Origin: Clostridiales bacterium
Lineage (GTDB): Bacteria > Bacillota > Clostridia > DUPQ01
Direction: 5' to 3'
Assembly (NCBI GenBank): GCA_023145435.1
Contig: JAGLDS010000002.1
Span: 12,675 to 76,674, forward strand
DNA: 64,000 nt
The notes below the pieces were generated by a model that was not told the DNA's origin, searched no databases, and was given only the letters and a program-made list of their open reading frames with translations. Position numbers and translations under genes: made by a program. Shown here piece by piece: positions 43,394-53,216 of this stretch. The number at the start of each line of letters is the position of its first letter. Positions within the stretch are counted from its first letter, which is position 1.

Positions 43394-44389
43394 TTAATTG
43401 GTGTTAACAATTACCTCATCTCCTTCTTGAAGACCAATCAAAATTTCAATCCATCCCCCAAGTTCTTTTCCTTTTGATATTTCACGTTCGGTCATCACAC
43501 CATTTTCAAGAACATAGACAAACTCTCTACCAGCAGCCTCATGTAACCACCCTTTTTTTATAGCTATTGTCTGATTTACTCGATCTAAAATTATTTCGAC
43601 TTTAAATAATTGCCCAATATCTTTAAGTCTTATAGCTTCAGTTTTTGTATCAATAATAATTATTTCTTCTTTTTTCTTAATTTCGCTCACAGTTGCTTCA
43701 ACTATTTCATCTTTAGTTATATACAAATTAACAACTGACCCAACTATTAACCCTGGTATATCAGGGTCTGTAAATGAAATAAATGTATCACTTTCATCAA
43801 CTACTGTAACAATTCCATTACTTGGAGTAACATATTTATTAACAATAACCTTTATTGAATCAACCACACCATCAAATGTTGCATAAATATTCAAATCATC
43901 AACTTCTTCTTGTAATTTATCATATTGATATTGAGTAATTTTAAAATCAAGTAATGCAATATCTAAATCATATTTTCCATTACCAGTTGTATCATATATT
44001 TTTTGAAATTTTTCAATTTTTAATTTTTCTATTTGATAGGTTATTTCCATATCTCTTGCTTGCTTTTCTAAATCGCTGTTGTTTAAGGTAGCTAATAGTT
44101 GTCCCTTTGAAACTTCCTCACCTCTTATAGGTAGAATTCTTTCAATATACCCAGATGTCAAAAACGAATAAGTTTTCTCTTGTATTGGGTGAACTTTAGC
44201 ATAAAGAGTTTTCGAATCATATAAATCAACTTTAACAATAATCTCTGTTAAATAGTTAGGTTCTTTTTTTACATACTCCGGAATAGTAAGAGGATTAACA
44301 ATCACTTTTTGACATCCTATAAGTGAAAACATAAATAATAAACCTATAATCCACAATATTCTTTTTCTAATTTTTATATTATCCATCAA
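43394..44389 (-). CDS. HlyD/MFP-like adaptor-type lipoprotein, class I (copy 2)
   Basis: 331 aa. Lipobox FSLIGC. Hairpin IRGEEVSKGQLLATL. C-terminal LIGLQEGDEV. Paralogous to 50003..51001. Confidence 0.72.
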   Translation of the reverse strand: MMDNIKIRKRILWIIGLLFMFSLIGCQKVIVNPLTIPEYVKKEPNYLTEIIVKVDLYDSKTLYAKVHPIQEKTYSFLTSGYIERILPIRGEEVSKGQLLATLNNSDLEKQARDMEITYQIEKLKIEKFQKIYDTTGNGKYDLDIALLDFKITQYQYDKLQEEVDDLNIYATFDGVVDSIKVIVNKYVTPSNGIVTVVDESDTFISFTDPDIPGLIVGSVVNLYITKDEIVEATVSEIKKKEEIIIIDTKTEAIRLKDIGQLFKVEIILDRVNQTIAIKKGWLHEAAGREFVYVLENGVMTEREISKGKELGGWIEILIGLQEGDEVIVNTN

Positions 44390-44391
44390 CT

Positions 44392-45459
44392 CTACCTACT
44401 CTTCAATACTTTATCGCCTTCCATAAGGCCACTTTTCACTTCATAAAAAATACCATCAGTAATACCAACTTCAATAGTCCTAAACTTAATTTCATTATCA
44501 GCTACTACATATGTATAAAATGTTCCATCATCATTTGGATAAACAGTTGAAATAGGAATAACCATTACATCATATGCTTCCTCTTCTATATATCTAATAG
44601 TTGTAGTTTTTCCTAAAATCAACTTTTCTGGTAAACCTATAAATGCTATCTGGCCATATACAACATCTCCAAAATAATCATATGCTAATGAATACTGTGA
44701 AGAAGTTCTAAAAACATATCCGTTATATTTATTACCGTCATAAAGAATCTTAATTTTCCCATCATTATTTAACTTTCCACTATCTAAGCTCATTAGTAAT
44801 GCATCAGTTGGGGCAAGATTATCAGTTGCTGGTATTTCATATTGAACTAAAAAATTACTTAATGGACAAATTCCTAGCACATCGCCTTTAGCTGAATCTC
44901 CTTCAAATCTAAAAATTTCAGTAATAGTTCCAGATGAGGTTGCATATAGGTAATGATCAACTTGTTTCTCATATAAATCAGATAAATAATTTTCATATGC
45001 CTCTAAGGATAAACGGGCAAATTCTAAGGTATAAAAATCAACTTTTCCAATGTTATATAATCCTAATTGCTTATCATAATTCATTTTAGATTTTTCTACA
45101 GTAATTTCTTGTTTAAACACTTGTTCATTAATGACTTTCATATCAAGAATTCCCACCAATTGATTTTTTTTAACAACTTCACCCACTTTTACATATAATT
45201 CATTAATTGTTCCAAGAATAGTACAACTTACAATATCAATATTTTCAATATCAGCAACAATTATAGCTTCTTTATCATATACAATTAATAAATCACCTTT
45301 GATAACATTTATAGTTGGTAAAATTAGTTTTTCTGAAGGTAATAGTTCAGGTTCATATATTGTATTTTCAACTGGCATAAAATACATACACCCTGTAAAT
45401 AGTAGTGACATAACTATTAACAACACTGTTAATAAAAAATATTTTTTATGATTCTTCAT
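44392..45459 (-). CDS. HlyD/MFP-like adaptor-type lipoprotein, class II (copy 1)
   Basis: Track ORF starts at the TTG at 45486. The ATG at 45459 (MKNHKKYF...LLFTGC lipobox) has an AGGAAG Shine-Dalgarno at good spacing. Hairpin VKVGEVVKKNQLVG. C-terminal VKSGLMEGDKV. Confidence 0.7.
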   Translation of the reverse strand: MKNHKKYFLLTVLLIVMSLLFTGCMYFMPVENTIYEPELLPSEKLILPTINVIKGDLLIVYDKEAIIVADIENIDIVSCTILGTINELYVKVGEVVKKNQLVGILDMKVINEQVFKQEITVEKSKMNYDKQLGLYNIGKVDFYTLEFARLSLEAYENYLSDLYEKQVDHYLYATSSGTITEIFRFEGDSAKGDVLGICPLSNFLVQYEIPATDNLAPTDALLMSLDSGKLNNDGKIKILYDGNKYNGYVFRTSSQYSLAYDYFGDVVYGQIAFIGLPEKLILGKTTTIRYIEEEAYDVMVIPISTVYPNDDGTFYTYVVADNEIKFRTIEVGITDGIFYEVKSGLMEGDKVLKSR

Positions 45460-46423
45460 TATCATCTTCCTGTCTATATATGACAATCTTTTCGTCTTCT
45501 AAGTCCATTTTAATACGGCTATTTTTAGAGATACCAGCTGCGCCTAAATATTCTTCTGGTAACTTTAAGCGTCCATGCCTATCAACAACCACCAACTCTT
45601 CATGTGTTTCGCTTTCTTCAACACCTGACATTCTATCAAGCTCTTCTAGTTCTTTTTTATAGCTAATTTTACGAATGTACTCACTTGATGTACGGCCATC
45701 AGAAATTGCTACAACTCTATCCACATTTTTAGCAACTCCTCTATCATGTGTAACGATTATAATAGTTACACCTGTTTCACTATTTAATTTTCTAAAAGCA
45801 TTAAATATATGTTTACCGGTTTCTGAATCAACAGCTCCAGTTGGTTCATCTGCTAATATTATCTTAGGTTCATTTGCCATGGCTATGGCAATAGCTACAC
45901 GTTGTTGTTCGCCACCTGAAAGTTGATTAAGTTTATTTCTCATACGTTCTTCTAATCCAACTATTTTTAATAATTCTGCACTTCTTTTTTTAAAATCAGT
46001 CCTATTAGCCAAAATCATTGGGAGTTCTACATTCTGCTTAGCAGATAAATAAGGAATTAGATTTCTTGCATTATTTTGCCACACAAACCCTACTGTGTTT
46101 CGTTTATAGTCTGTCAAAGCAGTTTTTTTAACTCTAAGGAGATTATTTCCATCAACAATTAATTTACCCGCCGACGGCCTATCAAGACCACCAATCATAT
46201 TTAATAGAGTTGATTTCCCGCTACCACTGTTTCCAATAATAGCCATCATCTCTCCATATTTAATTTCCAAGTCAAGGCCTTGTAATGCTACAACTTCAGT
46301 ATCTTTTGTTTTGTAAATTTTTACAAGATTCTCACAAGTTATAACATTTTTAGGATCATAATAATTTTCATCTTCTCCAGTATATAAATTCGTATTATTA
46401 TCGTTCATCAATAACTTCACCAT
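45446..46423 (-). CDS. MacB-type ABC ATP-binding protein with a ~80-aa C-terminal extension (NBD2)
   Basis: 325 aa (alternative ATG at 46408). Walker A GNSGSGKST, LSGGEQQR, ILADEPT, VTHD. The tail ELVVVDRHGRLKLPEEYLGAAGISKNSRIKMDLEDEKIVIY resembles a SpoVT/AbrB swapped-hairpin half. Confidence 0.88.
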   Translation of the reverse strand: MVKLLMNDNNTNLYTGEDENYYDPKNVITCENLVKIYKTKDTEVVALQGLDLEIKYGEMMAIIGNSGSGKSTLLNMIGGLDRPSAGKLIVDGNNLLRVKKTALTDYKRNTVGFVWQNNARNLIPYLSAKQNVELPMILANRTDFKKRSAELLKIVGLEERMRNKLNQLSGGEQQRVAIAIAMANEPKIILADEPTGAVDSETGKHIFNAFRKLNSETGVTIIIVTHDRGVAKNVDRVVAISDGRTSSEYIRKISYKKELEELDRMSGVEESETHEELVVVDRHGRLKLPEEYLGAAGISKNSRIKMDLEDEKIVIYRQEDDNEES

Positions 46424-47078
46424 CCTCTAATGAAATAACATGATCAGCAATTTCAATCATACTTGGGTCATGGGTGGTCATGACTATAGTTAATCCTGAT
46501 TCTGTTACTAATGTTTTAAAGAGTTTTACAATTTGTAATCCTAAATGTGTATCTAGTTCAGCCGTAGGCTCATCAGCAAATACAATTCTAGGTTTATTTG
46601 CAATAGCTCTAGATATTGCCACCCGTTGTTGTTCTCCACCTGATAATTGGAATGGTTTATGATTCATTCTCTTTTCAAGTCCAACTTTAATTAAACTGCT
46701 TCTAGTTAATTGTTTCCAATCTTTTCTAAGCGCTCCTGAAACTCGTAAACCAAATTCTACATTTTCATAAGCATCCATAACCGATATTAGAGCAACAGAC
46801 TGAAAAACAAAACCAATATTCTTTCTCCTTAGCATATCCCTTTCAGCGTCACTTATGGTTGTTATTTCTTTTTTGTCAAATAGTACTTGCCCGCTGGTTG
46901 GTCGGTCAAGTCCTCCTAATATATTCATTAAAGTGGTTTTACCAGATCCTGAAGTTCCCCTAAGGATTGTAAAGGTGCCTTCTTCAATCTTAATATTAAT
47001 ATCTTTTAAGGCATGAATTGTCTGTCTACCTTGAATAAAATCTCTACATATGCCTTTTGTTTCATAAATATAACTCAA
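46398..47078 (-). CDS. MacB-type ABC ATP-binding protein (NBD1)
   Basis: 226 aa. Walker A GTSGSGKTT, LSGGEQQR, VFADEPT, TTHD. Confidence 0.92.
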   Translation of the reverse strand: MSYIYETKGICRDFIQGRQTIHALKDINIKIEEGTFTILRGTSGSGKTTLMNILGGLDRPTSGQVLFDKKEITTISDAERDMLRRKNIGFVFQSVALISVMDAYENVEFGLRVSGALRKDWKQLTRSSLIKVGLEKRMNHKPFQLSGGEQQRVAISRAIANKPRIVFADEPTAELDTHLGLQIVKLFKTLVTESGLTIVMTTHDPSMIEIADHVISLEDGEVIDER

Positions 47079-47089
47079 TATACTACCCT

Positions 47090-49993
47090 TTAATCCTCTC
47101 CTAATTTAACAGCTTGATCCATTTTAATATGAGTAATGAATCGTCCGATTATAGAAATACCGATAACTATCATGGCTGCTACAATAATATAAATTCTATA
47201 GTAATCTTCTTTAAATGAGAACACTTTAAATTCAATTAATCGCCCACTTTGTGCACTAATAAGTTCAAATAGCGGAACAAAGACATCAGACGATATTCCT
47301 CCAATTACAATTCCAAGAATTATTGCCACTGCTGATATTAATAATTGTTCCCAGAAAATTATAAGAATAAGTTCTTTTTTACTTAATCCCATAGCTCTAA
47401 AAATACCAAATTGTAGTACCCGTTGCCTAATAGATAGAATCCAGAAAATTATAAATCCAGCGCCACATATAATCATTGTAACAATAAAATCTAATGTAAG
47501 CATTCCATTCATACCTAGTACCATTGGGTCTTTTTTTTGTTCAGACACTTCAAAATCCGCATATTTACCATATGAAATAGTAATATCATTTCCTGATAAA
47601 AAGGTGTTTATTTCACTATCTAATACACCTTCATTTTTCTTTAGCCAAATCATATAATCAATATCACCTGCATTTGATAAAAGCAAATCATAATGCATAA
47701 CTACAAATCCAAATGAAACATCATCACTAGTTACTGTTCTATTTGTTGCAAAATCAAATCCTGTATAAGGATTATAGCCAGGCCAGTTGTCTACAACTGC
47801 TAATATTGGTGCTTCAATAACATTATCAATGTCAGGAACCTCAATTGAAATGAAATCTCCAGGGTTTACTCCTAATTCATTTGCTGTAAATGAAGAAACA
47901 ATTACACCATCTGGATGGGATGCCATTAAATTTAAGTAAAAGTTAATATGAACAGTTAACAAATCATCTCGAGTCCATACTACCTTACCATAATCTTCAG
48001 GAGTTATCCCTATTATTGTTGACCCTAATGCAGCTCCACCATATGTATTATATTTTTTAATCAGTGCTTTATAACTAGCAACTTTTGTAGCAGTATCTAC
48101 TAATTCACTTGATTTAATTTTTTCATATTTTAGTAAATTTTTAGTAATTACTTCTGAGCCTTCTTCTACTACAACTTCATTATTTTCATCTACTACCCAG
48201 TTACTTAAAGTAATTGCAACATCAGTAGCAAATTGGTGTTTTACAATATCTACAAGGTTTTCATTTATGGTTCTAGCACTATTAGCATTAAAAATCCCTA
48301 CTCCTAAAGCTAATATCAAGAAAATCATTATAAATTGTTTCATAGAACCACCACGACCTACATATGTAAATGCTGCATACATAGGTGGTGACATAAATCG
48401 CTTAGTTGATTTAAAAAGTAAGTTAATTAAAAATGGATAAATTCTCATTATTACTAAACTAAGTCCTAAAATAAAGAAAGTAACTGCAAAGAATATCAAA
48501 TAATCAATCTGTCCATCTCCTGATAAACCAATACTGTCTTTAAATGTATTGTAATTATTTAGTGCCCATAAAGATACAGCAAGTAATATTATATCTAAAT
48601 ATAATTTTTGCCAAAATGGTTTTTTGCTTATTATATCTTTACCTTGTTTGTATTGTACAATAGTAAACTTTGATGCCTTAATAGCTGGGAACAACATCAT
48701 TATTATAAAGAATATTGAGCATATAAAACCATAAAATATTGCTTCCCAACTCAAATTAATTTCCATATGAGCTCGATTAACAAATTCCATGAAACCATTT
48801 GACGCTCCTAATAGTCTACATAAGAATATTGCCGTTATAATTCCGATTATAAATGAAATAATTCCAATAAATAAACTTTCATAAAAATAAATCTTAAATA
48901 TTTGTTTTCTAGAGGCACCACGACTTTCTAACATAGCAATTTCATTTTTTTCTTGTTCCATAATCAATTGTGCAATCATAGAAACATAAAAACTAATCAT
49001 TAAAATAACAGGAATAACTAATAAAATAAGCAAACCTGACAATCGACTAGCACGATCCATGTAATCTTGTAAAATTGATGCAAATGACATTCTATGTTTC
49101 ATATATCCATAGTTGTTAACAATCCATTTACCATTATCATCAAATTGTGTTAAAATATTTTGAGTTTCTGTCAGTAACAACTCATAATAATTATATGCAT
49201 AATACCAACTAGTGGCATCTAAGCTATACTCCTCAGTTTTAATAAAATTATTATAAAAAATATCTGCATCCATATAAAGACCATAACTATCAAATGTATA
49301 ATATGACGATTTGTCTTCTTGCATTTCTATAACACCAACAATTTTAAACCTGTCAATATATTCAATATCATTTTTGGCTTCAATAATTGCATATTCCCCA
49401 TTTAAAACATAATTGTTACGCTTCATAATTTCTGAGCTAACAATAACTTCATACAAAAACTCTGTTTTTCCAGTTAAAGGATTAGTGGTTTCAATAGGTT
49501 CCTTATTATACATCCGACCAGATATCACTTTTACATTAGTTTCTAAATTTGTCATTCCATAAATATTAATACGATTTAATCTAGTACTTGGAAACATCAG
49601 TTCCTTTGCTACTTCTTCTAAATAAAGGTCCCATCCTCTCACATCTACTGAAAGATAATTAGAAGTTCCTAGCAAAGTATAGTCAGTCAAAATACTCATG
49701 GGAATTTTTTTCGACATATCTTCTTTAATTTTTTTATCATAATATTCAAATAAATTAATTCGATCTTCTAACACATTAAGATTTGTCCAACTACTAATAA
49801 ATTCGTAAGTAGCTGGGTGAATATTAGTTTCTTCTTGTGTTGTTTCAAAATCCTTAATTAGCATGCGTTGAAGCATGCCACTTGAATACATTGGGATAGA
49901 GCTAACAACAGCTACTGCTAATATGCTGCCAATTAAAAGACATAATACCAACCATTTATTATTAAATATTTTTCTAAGTACCAATCTAAACAT
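47090..49993 (-). CDS. fused double-FtsX (MacB-type) ABC permease (permease 1)
   Basis: 967 aa. Same architecture as 40374..43376 and a diverged paralog of it. Confidence 0.85.
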   Translation of the reverse strand: MFRLVLRKIFNNKWLVLCLLIGSILAVAVVSSIPMYSSGMLQRMLIKDFETTQEETNIHPATYEFISSWTNLNVLEDRINLFEYYDKKIKEDMSKKIPMSILTDYTLLGTSNYLSVDVRGWDLYLEEVAKELMFPSTRLNRINIYGMTNLETNVKVISGRMYNKEPIETTNPLTGKTEFLYEVIVSSEIMKRNNYVLNGEYAIIEAKNDIEYIDRFKIVGVIEMQEDKSSYYTFDSYGLYMDADIFYNNFIKTEEYSLDATSWYYAYNYYELLLTETQNILTQFDDNGKWIVNNYGYMKHRMSFASILQDYMDRASRLSGLLILLVIPVILMISFYVSMIAQLIMEQEKNEIAMLESRGASRKQIFKIYFYESLFIGIISFIIGIITAIFLCRLLGASNGFMEFVNRAHMEINLSWEAIFYGFICSIFFIIMMLFPAIKASKFTIVQYKQGKDIISKKPFWQKLYLDIILLAVSLWALNNYNTFKDSIGLSGDGQIDYLIFFAVTFFILGLSLVIMRIYPFLINLLFKSTKRFMSPPMYAAFTYVGRGGSMKQFIMIFLILALGVGIFNANSARTINENLVDIVKHQFATDVAITLSNWVVDENNEVVVEEGSEVITKNLLKYEKIKSSELVDTATKVASYKALIKKYNTYGGAALGSTIIGITPEDYGKVVWTRDDLLTVHINFYLNLMASHPDGVIVSSFTANELGVNPGDFISIEVPDIDNVIEAPILAVVDNWPGYNPYTGFDFATNRTVTSDDVSFGFVVMHYDLLLSNAGDIDYMIWLKKNEGVLDSEINTFLSGNDITISYGKYADFEVSEQKKDPMVLGMNGMLTLDFIVTMIICGAGFIIFWILSIRQRVLQFGIFRAMGLSKKELILIIFWEQLLISAVAIILGIVIGGISSDVFVPLFELISAQSGRLIEFKVFSFKEDYYRIYIIVAAMIVIGISIIGRFITHIKMDQAVKLGED

Positions 49994-50002
49994 GTAATTC
50001 TC

Positions 50003-51001
50003 CTAATAAATAATGGCTAATTCGCCTTCGACTAATCCAGATATTACTTCGTAGTATCTGCCATTAGTCTGTCCAAGTACAACTTCTTTTTCTATTGGAA
50101 CACCATCTTCTAATACTTTAGCGAAAGTTATACCTCCAAATGTTTTAACAGCTTTTTGATTAACCATTAATACATTTTCAACTGTGTCTACATTTTGTGT
50201 TACCATAACAAATGTTCCAATTCTCCAATCTTCGCTAAATTCATTTGGTAAAACCACCATACTATTATGGTTTGAAATTGTTATTACTCCTGTAGTTTTA
50301 TAATTTAGTGATTCAATAACTACAGGTATATCAGCATCAAATTTATAAATTCCACTTCCAATACAAGTTAATTTCATCTCATTATTTAAAACAACTTTAA
50401 AAACTAAATTTCCTTTTGTTACTTGATCGCCCTCTTCAAGAGGTGCTAAATAAGAAATTGTTCCATTATCATCTGCAAAAATCTGTGATTGTTCTTTAAT
50501 TAATAATAAATCATTATATGAGTTTACGACTTTTTGATAATTTAATTTAGCAATTTTATAATCATACTCACTTATTTGATTATTATTAAATAACTCGCTA
50601 TTTCTATCAAAAGTTAATTGCGCTCTTTTCAGTTCTATTTCTTCATCTCTCATATCTTTATCTAAATTACCAGTATCAAGTTCAGCAATAACTTGCCCCG
50701 CTACTATTTCATCATTTTTACTCACAAAGAATTGTAAAAATGAACCTCCTAAATGCTCAAACGAGTAAGCTATTTCATTTATAGGTCTAAATGAACCAAA
50801 CGTACTAACATCTTTTGAAACAGTTCCATATTCTACTGCTTCTGTTTTATATTCAGTTGATTTTGATTCAATAATTGGCGGTGATAATCTCTCATCTTCT
50901 TTAGGTAAAAATACACATCCAGATAAGAAAGTGAATAGCATCACAACCACTATGATTATTAATATATTTTTTTTCACAATAAACACTCTAACCTTTTTCA
51001 T
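50003..51001 (-). CDS. HlyD/MFP-like adaptor-type lipoprotein, class I (copy 1)
   Basis: 332 aa. Lipobox FLSGC. Hairpin VSKNDEIVAGQVIAEL. C-terminal VISGLVEGELA. First gene of the locus. Confidence 0.72.
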   Translation of the reverse strand: MKKVRVFIVKKNILIIIVVVMLFTFLSGCVFLPKEDERLSPPIIESKSTEYKTEAVEYGTVSKDVSTFGSFRPINEIAYSFEHLGGSFLQFFVSKNDEIVAGQVIAELDTGNLDKDMRDEEIELKRAQLTFDRNSELFNNNQISEYDYKIAKLNYQKVVNSYNDLLLIKEQSQIFADDNGTISYLAPLEEGDQVTKGNLVFKVVLNNEMKLTCIGSGIYKFDADIPVVIESLNYKTTGVITISNHNSMVVLPNEFSEDWRIGTFVMVTQNVDTVENVLMVNQKAVKTFGGITFAKVLEDGVPIEKEVVLGQTNGRYYEVISGLVEGELAIIY

Positions 51002-51012
51002 TATCTTAATCG

Positions 51013-51021
51013 ATTATAGCA
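51013..51021 (-). promoter_or_regulatory. putative extended -10 promoter (TGcTATAAT) only 11 nt upstream of the first ABC-locus start codon
   Basis: Minus strand: TGC (51021-51019) plus TATAAT (51018-51013), then cgattaagata, then the ATG at 51001. No Shine-Dalgarno in between. Confidence 0.4.
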
Positions 51022-51095
51022 TTAAAAAAAATAATGTAGTATACTTTTTGTTGAATGTTCACAAATTATTTACAATTCACATTTAAGGAGCTTTT

Positions 51096-53216
51096 ATGAA
51101 CTACCCATTTGAAAATCAACAATTATCTTTTGAAAAACGAGCAGAAATCTTACTATCGTTAATGACTATTGAGGAAAAGATTTCTCAAACACTTCATTTC
51201 TCCCCTGCAATTGATAGATTATCAATTAAAGCTTATACCTGGTGGAATGAAGCCTTGCATGGTATAGCACGAGCTGGTACTGCTACAGTGTTTCCTCAAG
51301 CCATTGCTTTAGCTGCTACTTTTGATAAGCAAATGGTTTATCAAACTGCTACATATATTTCAGATGAAGCAAGAGCTAAACATCACGAATACAAAAGGCA
51401 AGGTGACATGGGTATTTATAAGGGATTAACAATGTGGAGTCCTAATATTAATATTTTTAGAGATCCTAGATGGGGCCGCGGACATGAAACTTATGGTGAA
51501 GACCCTTACTTAACTGGAAGAATGGGTATTTCATTTATAAAGGGAATGCAAGGAAATCATCCTAAATACCTAAAAACAATTGCAACTCCTAAACATTATT
51601 TAGTTCATAGTGGTCCTGAAAGTGATCGCCATCATTTTGATGCAATAGTTTCAAAAAAAGACCTTAGGGAAACTTATCTTCCAGCATTTAAAGACTGTAT
51701 CGTAGAAGGAAAAGCTTATTCAATAATGGGAGCATATAATAGAGTTAATGGAGAAGCTTGTTGTGCCTCTAGAACATATCTTTTAGATGTTTTACGAGAA
51801 GAATTTTCATTTAAGGGATTTGTTGTATCTGATTGTCATGCAATAATTGATTTACACTTACACCATAATTTAACAAAAACTGTACAAGAATCAGCTGCCA
51901 TGGCTGTTATTAACGGTTGTGATTTAAACTGTGGTAAAGCCTTTGAATCATTAACACTTGCGTATGAAGAAAATATAATTACAGAAGAACAAATCAATAA
52001 AGCTGTTAAACGATTATTAGTCGCTAGATTTAAATTAGGAATGTTTGATGATGAGGATAAAGTTCCTTATTCTTCCATACCTTATGATGATAATGATAGT
52101 AATAAGCATCGTAATTATGCAATTAAAGTAGCTGAAAAATCATTGGTTTTGCTAAAAAACAATGGAATTCTACCTTTAAAATCCAATGTGAAAAGTATTG
52201 CAGTTGTTGGGCCAAATGCAGATGATAGAGAAGTTCTTCTAGCCAATTATAAGGGAATCCCTTCAAGATATAGTACTATTTTAGAAGGTATTATTGAAAA
52301 ATTTAGCGATTGTGAAATCAAATATTCAAAAGGTTGTCATATTGCCAATGAATCATTACGTGATGATGAAACTTCACTACTTTCAGAAGCACTATCTTGT
52401 GCTAAAGCCTGCGATGTAACAATTATAGTAACTGGAATCAACTCACAAATTGAAGGTGAAGAAGCTGATCCTCGTTATCCTGAATTTGGTGGTGGTGATA
52501 GAGATGATATAAAACTACCAGGGTTACAAAACCAGCTAATATCTAAAATCGCAGAAATTAATAAGCCAATAATTGTTGTTAATTTAAGCGGTAGCTGTGT
52601 TTCCTTGGTTACAGCCAATAAATATGCAGATGCAATAGTACAAGCATGGTACCCAGGAGCTTTAGGTGGAAAAGCAGTTGCAAATTTATTAGCTGGTGAT
52701 TTTTCACCAAGTGGTAAGTTACCTGTTACTTTTTATAGTTCAATTAGTCAACTTCCCCCTTATGACCAATATGAATTAACTACTCAAACATATCGCTATC
52801 TAAAAGAATCTCCCCTATTTCCATTTGGGTTTGGCTTAACTTATTCTAAATTTTCATTTGATAATATTATTATTAAGAAAAAAAGTGATTATACATATGA
52901 AGCTAAGATCAAAGTCATGAATCATGGCCCCTATGACAGTAATAATGTTATTCAGTTATATATAAAGACACCAAAGACATCTATGAAATCTCCTAATTAT
53001 CAGCTAAAGCGCTTTAGAAATAAGTTTTTTAAAGTTAACCAACAAATTGAAATAACTTTCAAATTGGATGAACAAGCATTATCCTTTATTAACAATGAAG
53101 GAAAGCGAGTTATATTAGATGGAGAATACACAATATATATTGATGAAGGGCAACCAAATAAAAATACACAAAAAGCGTTTTTAACTATTGATGTAAAAAG
53201 TGAAATAAAATATTAA
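51096..53216 (+). CDS. GH3 beta-glucosidase / beta-xylosidase (BglX-like), cytoplasmic
   Basis: 706 aa. RDPRWGRGHETYGEDP, KHYLVHSGPE, and the nucleophile context GFVVSDCHA. AAGGAG Shine-Dalgarno. No signal peptide. Confidence 0.9.
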   Translation: MNYPFENQQLSFEKRAEILLSLMTIEEKISQTLHFSPAIDRLSIKAYTWWNEALHGIARAGTATVFPQAIALAATFDKQMVYQTATYISDEARAKHHEYKRQGDMGIYKGLTMWSPNINIFRDPRWGRGHETYGEDPYLTGRMGISFIKGMQGNHPKYLKTIATPKHYLVHSGPESDRHHFDAIVSKKDLRETYLPAFKDCIVEGKAYSIMGAYNRVNGEACCASRTYLLDVLREEFSFKGFVVSDCHAIIDLHLHHNLTKTVQESAAMAVINGCDLNCGKAFESLTLAYEENIITEEQINKAVKRLLVARFKLGMFDDEDKVPYSSIPYDDNDSNKHRNYAIKVAEKSLVLLKNNGILPLKSNVKSIAVVGPNADDREVLLANYKGIPSRYSTILEGIIEKFSDCEIKYSKGCHIANESLRDDETSLLSEALSCAKACDVTIIVTGINSQIEGEEADPRYPEFGGGDRDDIKLPGLQNQLISKIAEINKPIIVVNLSGSCVSLVTANKYADAIVQAWYPGALGGKAVANLLAGDFSPSGKLPVTFYSSISQLPPYDQYELTTQTYRYLKESPLFPFGFGLTYSKFSFDNIIIKKKSDYTYEAKIKVMNHGPYDSNNVIQLYIKTPKTSMKSPNYQLKRFRNKFFKVNQQIEITFKLDEQALSFINNEGKRVILDGEYTIYIDEGQPNKNTQKAFLTIDVKSEIKY

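Noticed and set aside
39286-51001. The two transporter modules as a recent tandem duplication or an assembly artefact.
   Set aside because: The paralog pairs are highly diverged at the protein level. Only short blocks are shared (for example MFRLVLRKIFNNKW versus MINIVLRKIIFNRW). I saw no long identical DNA repeats between the modules.
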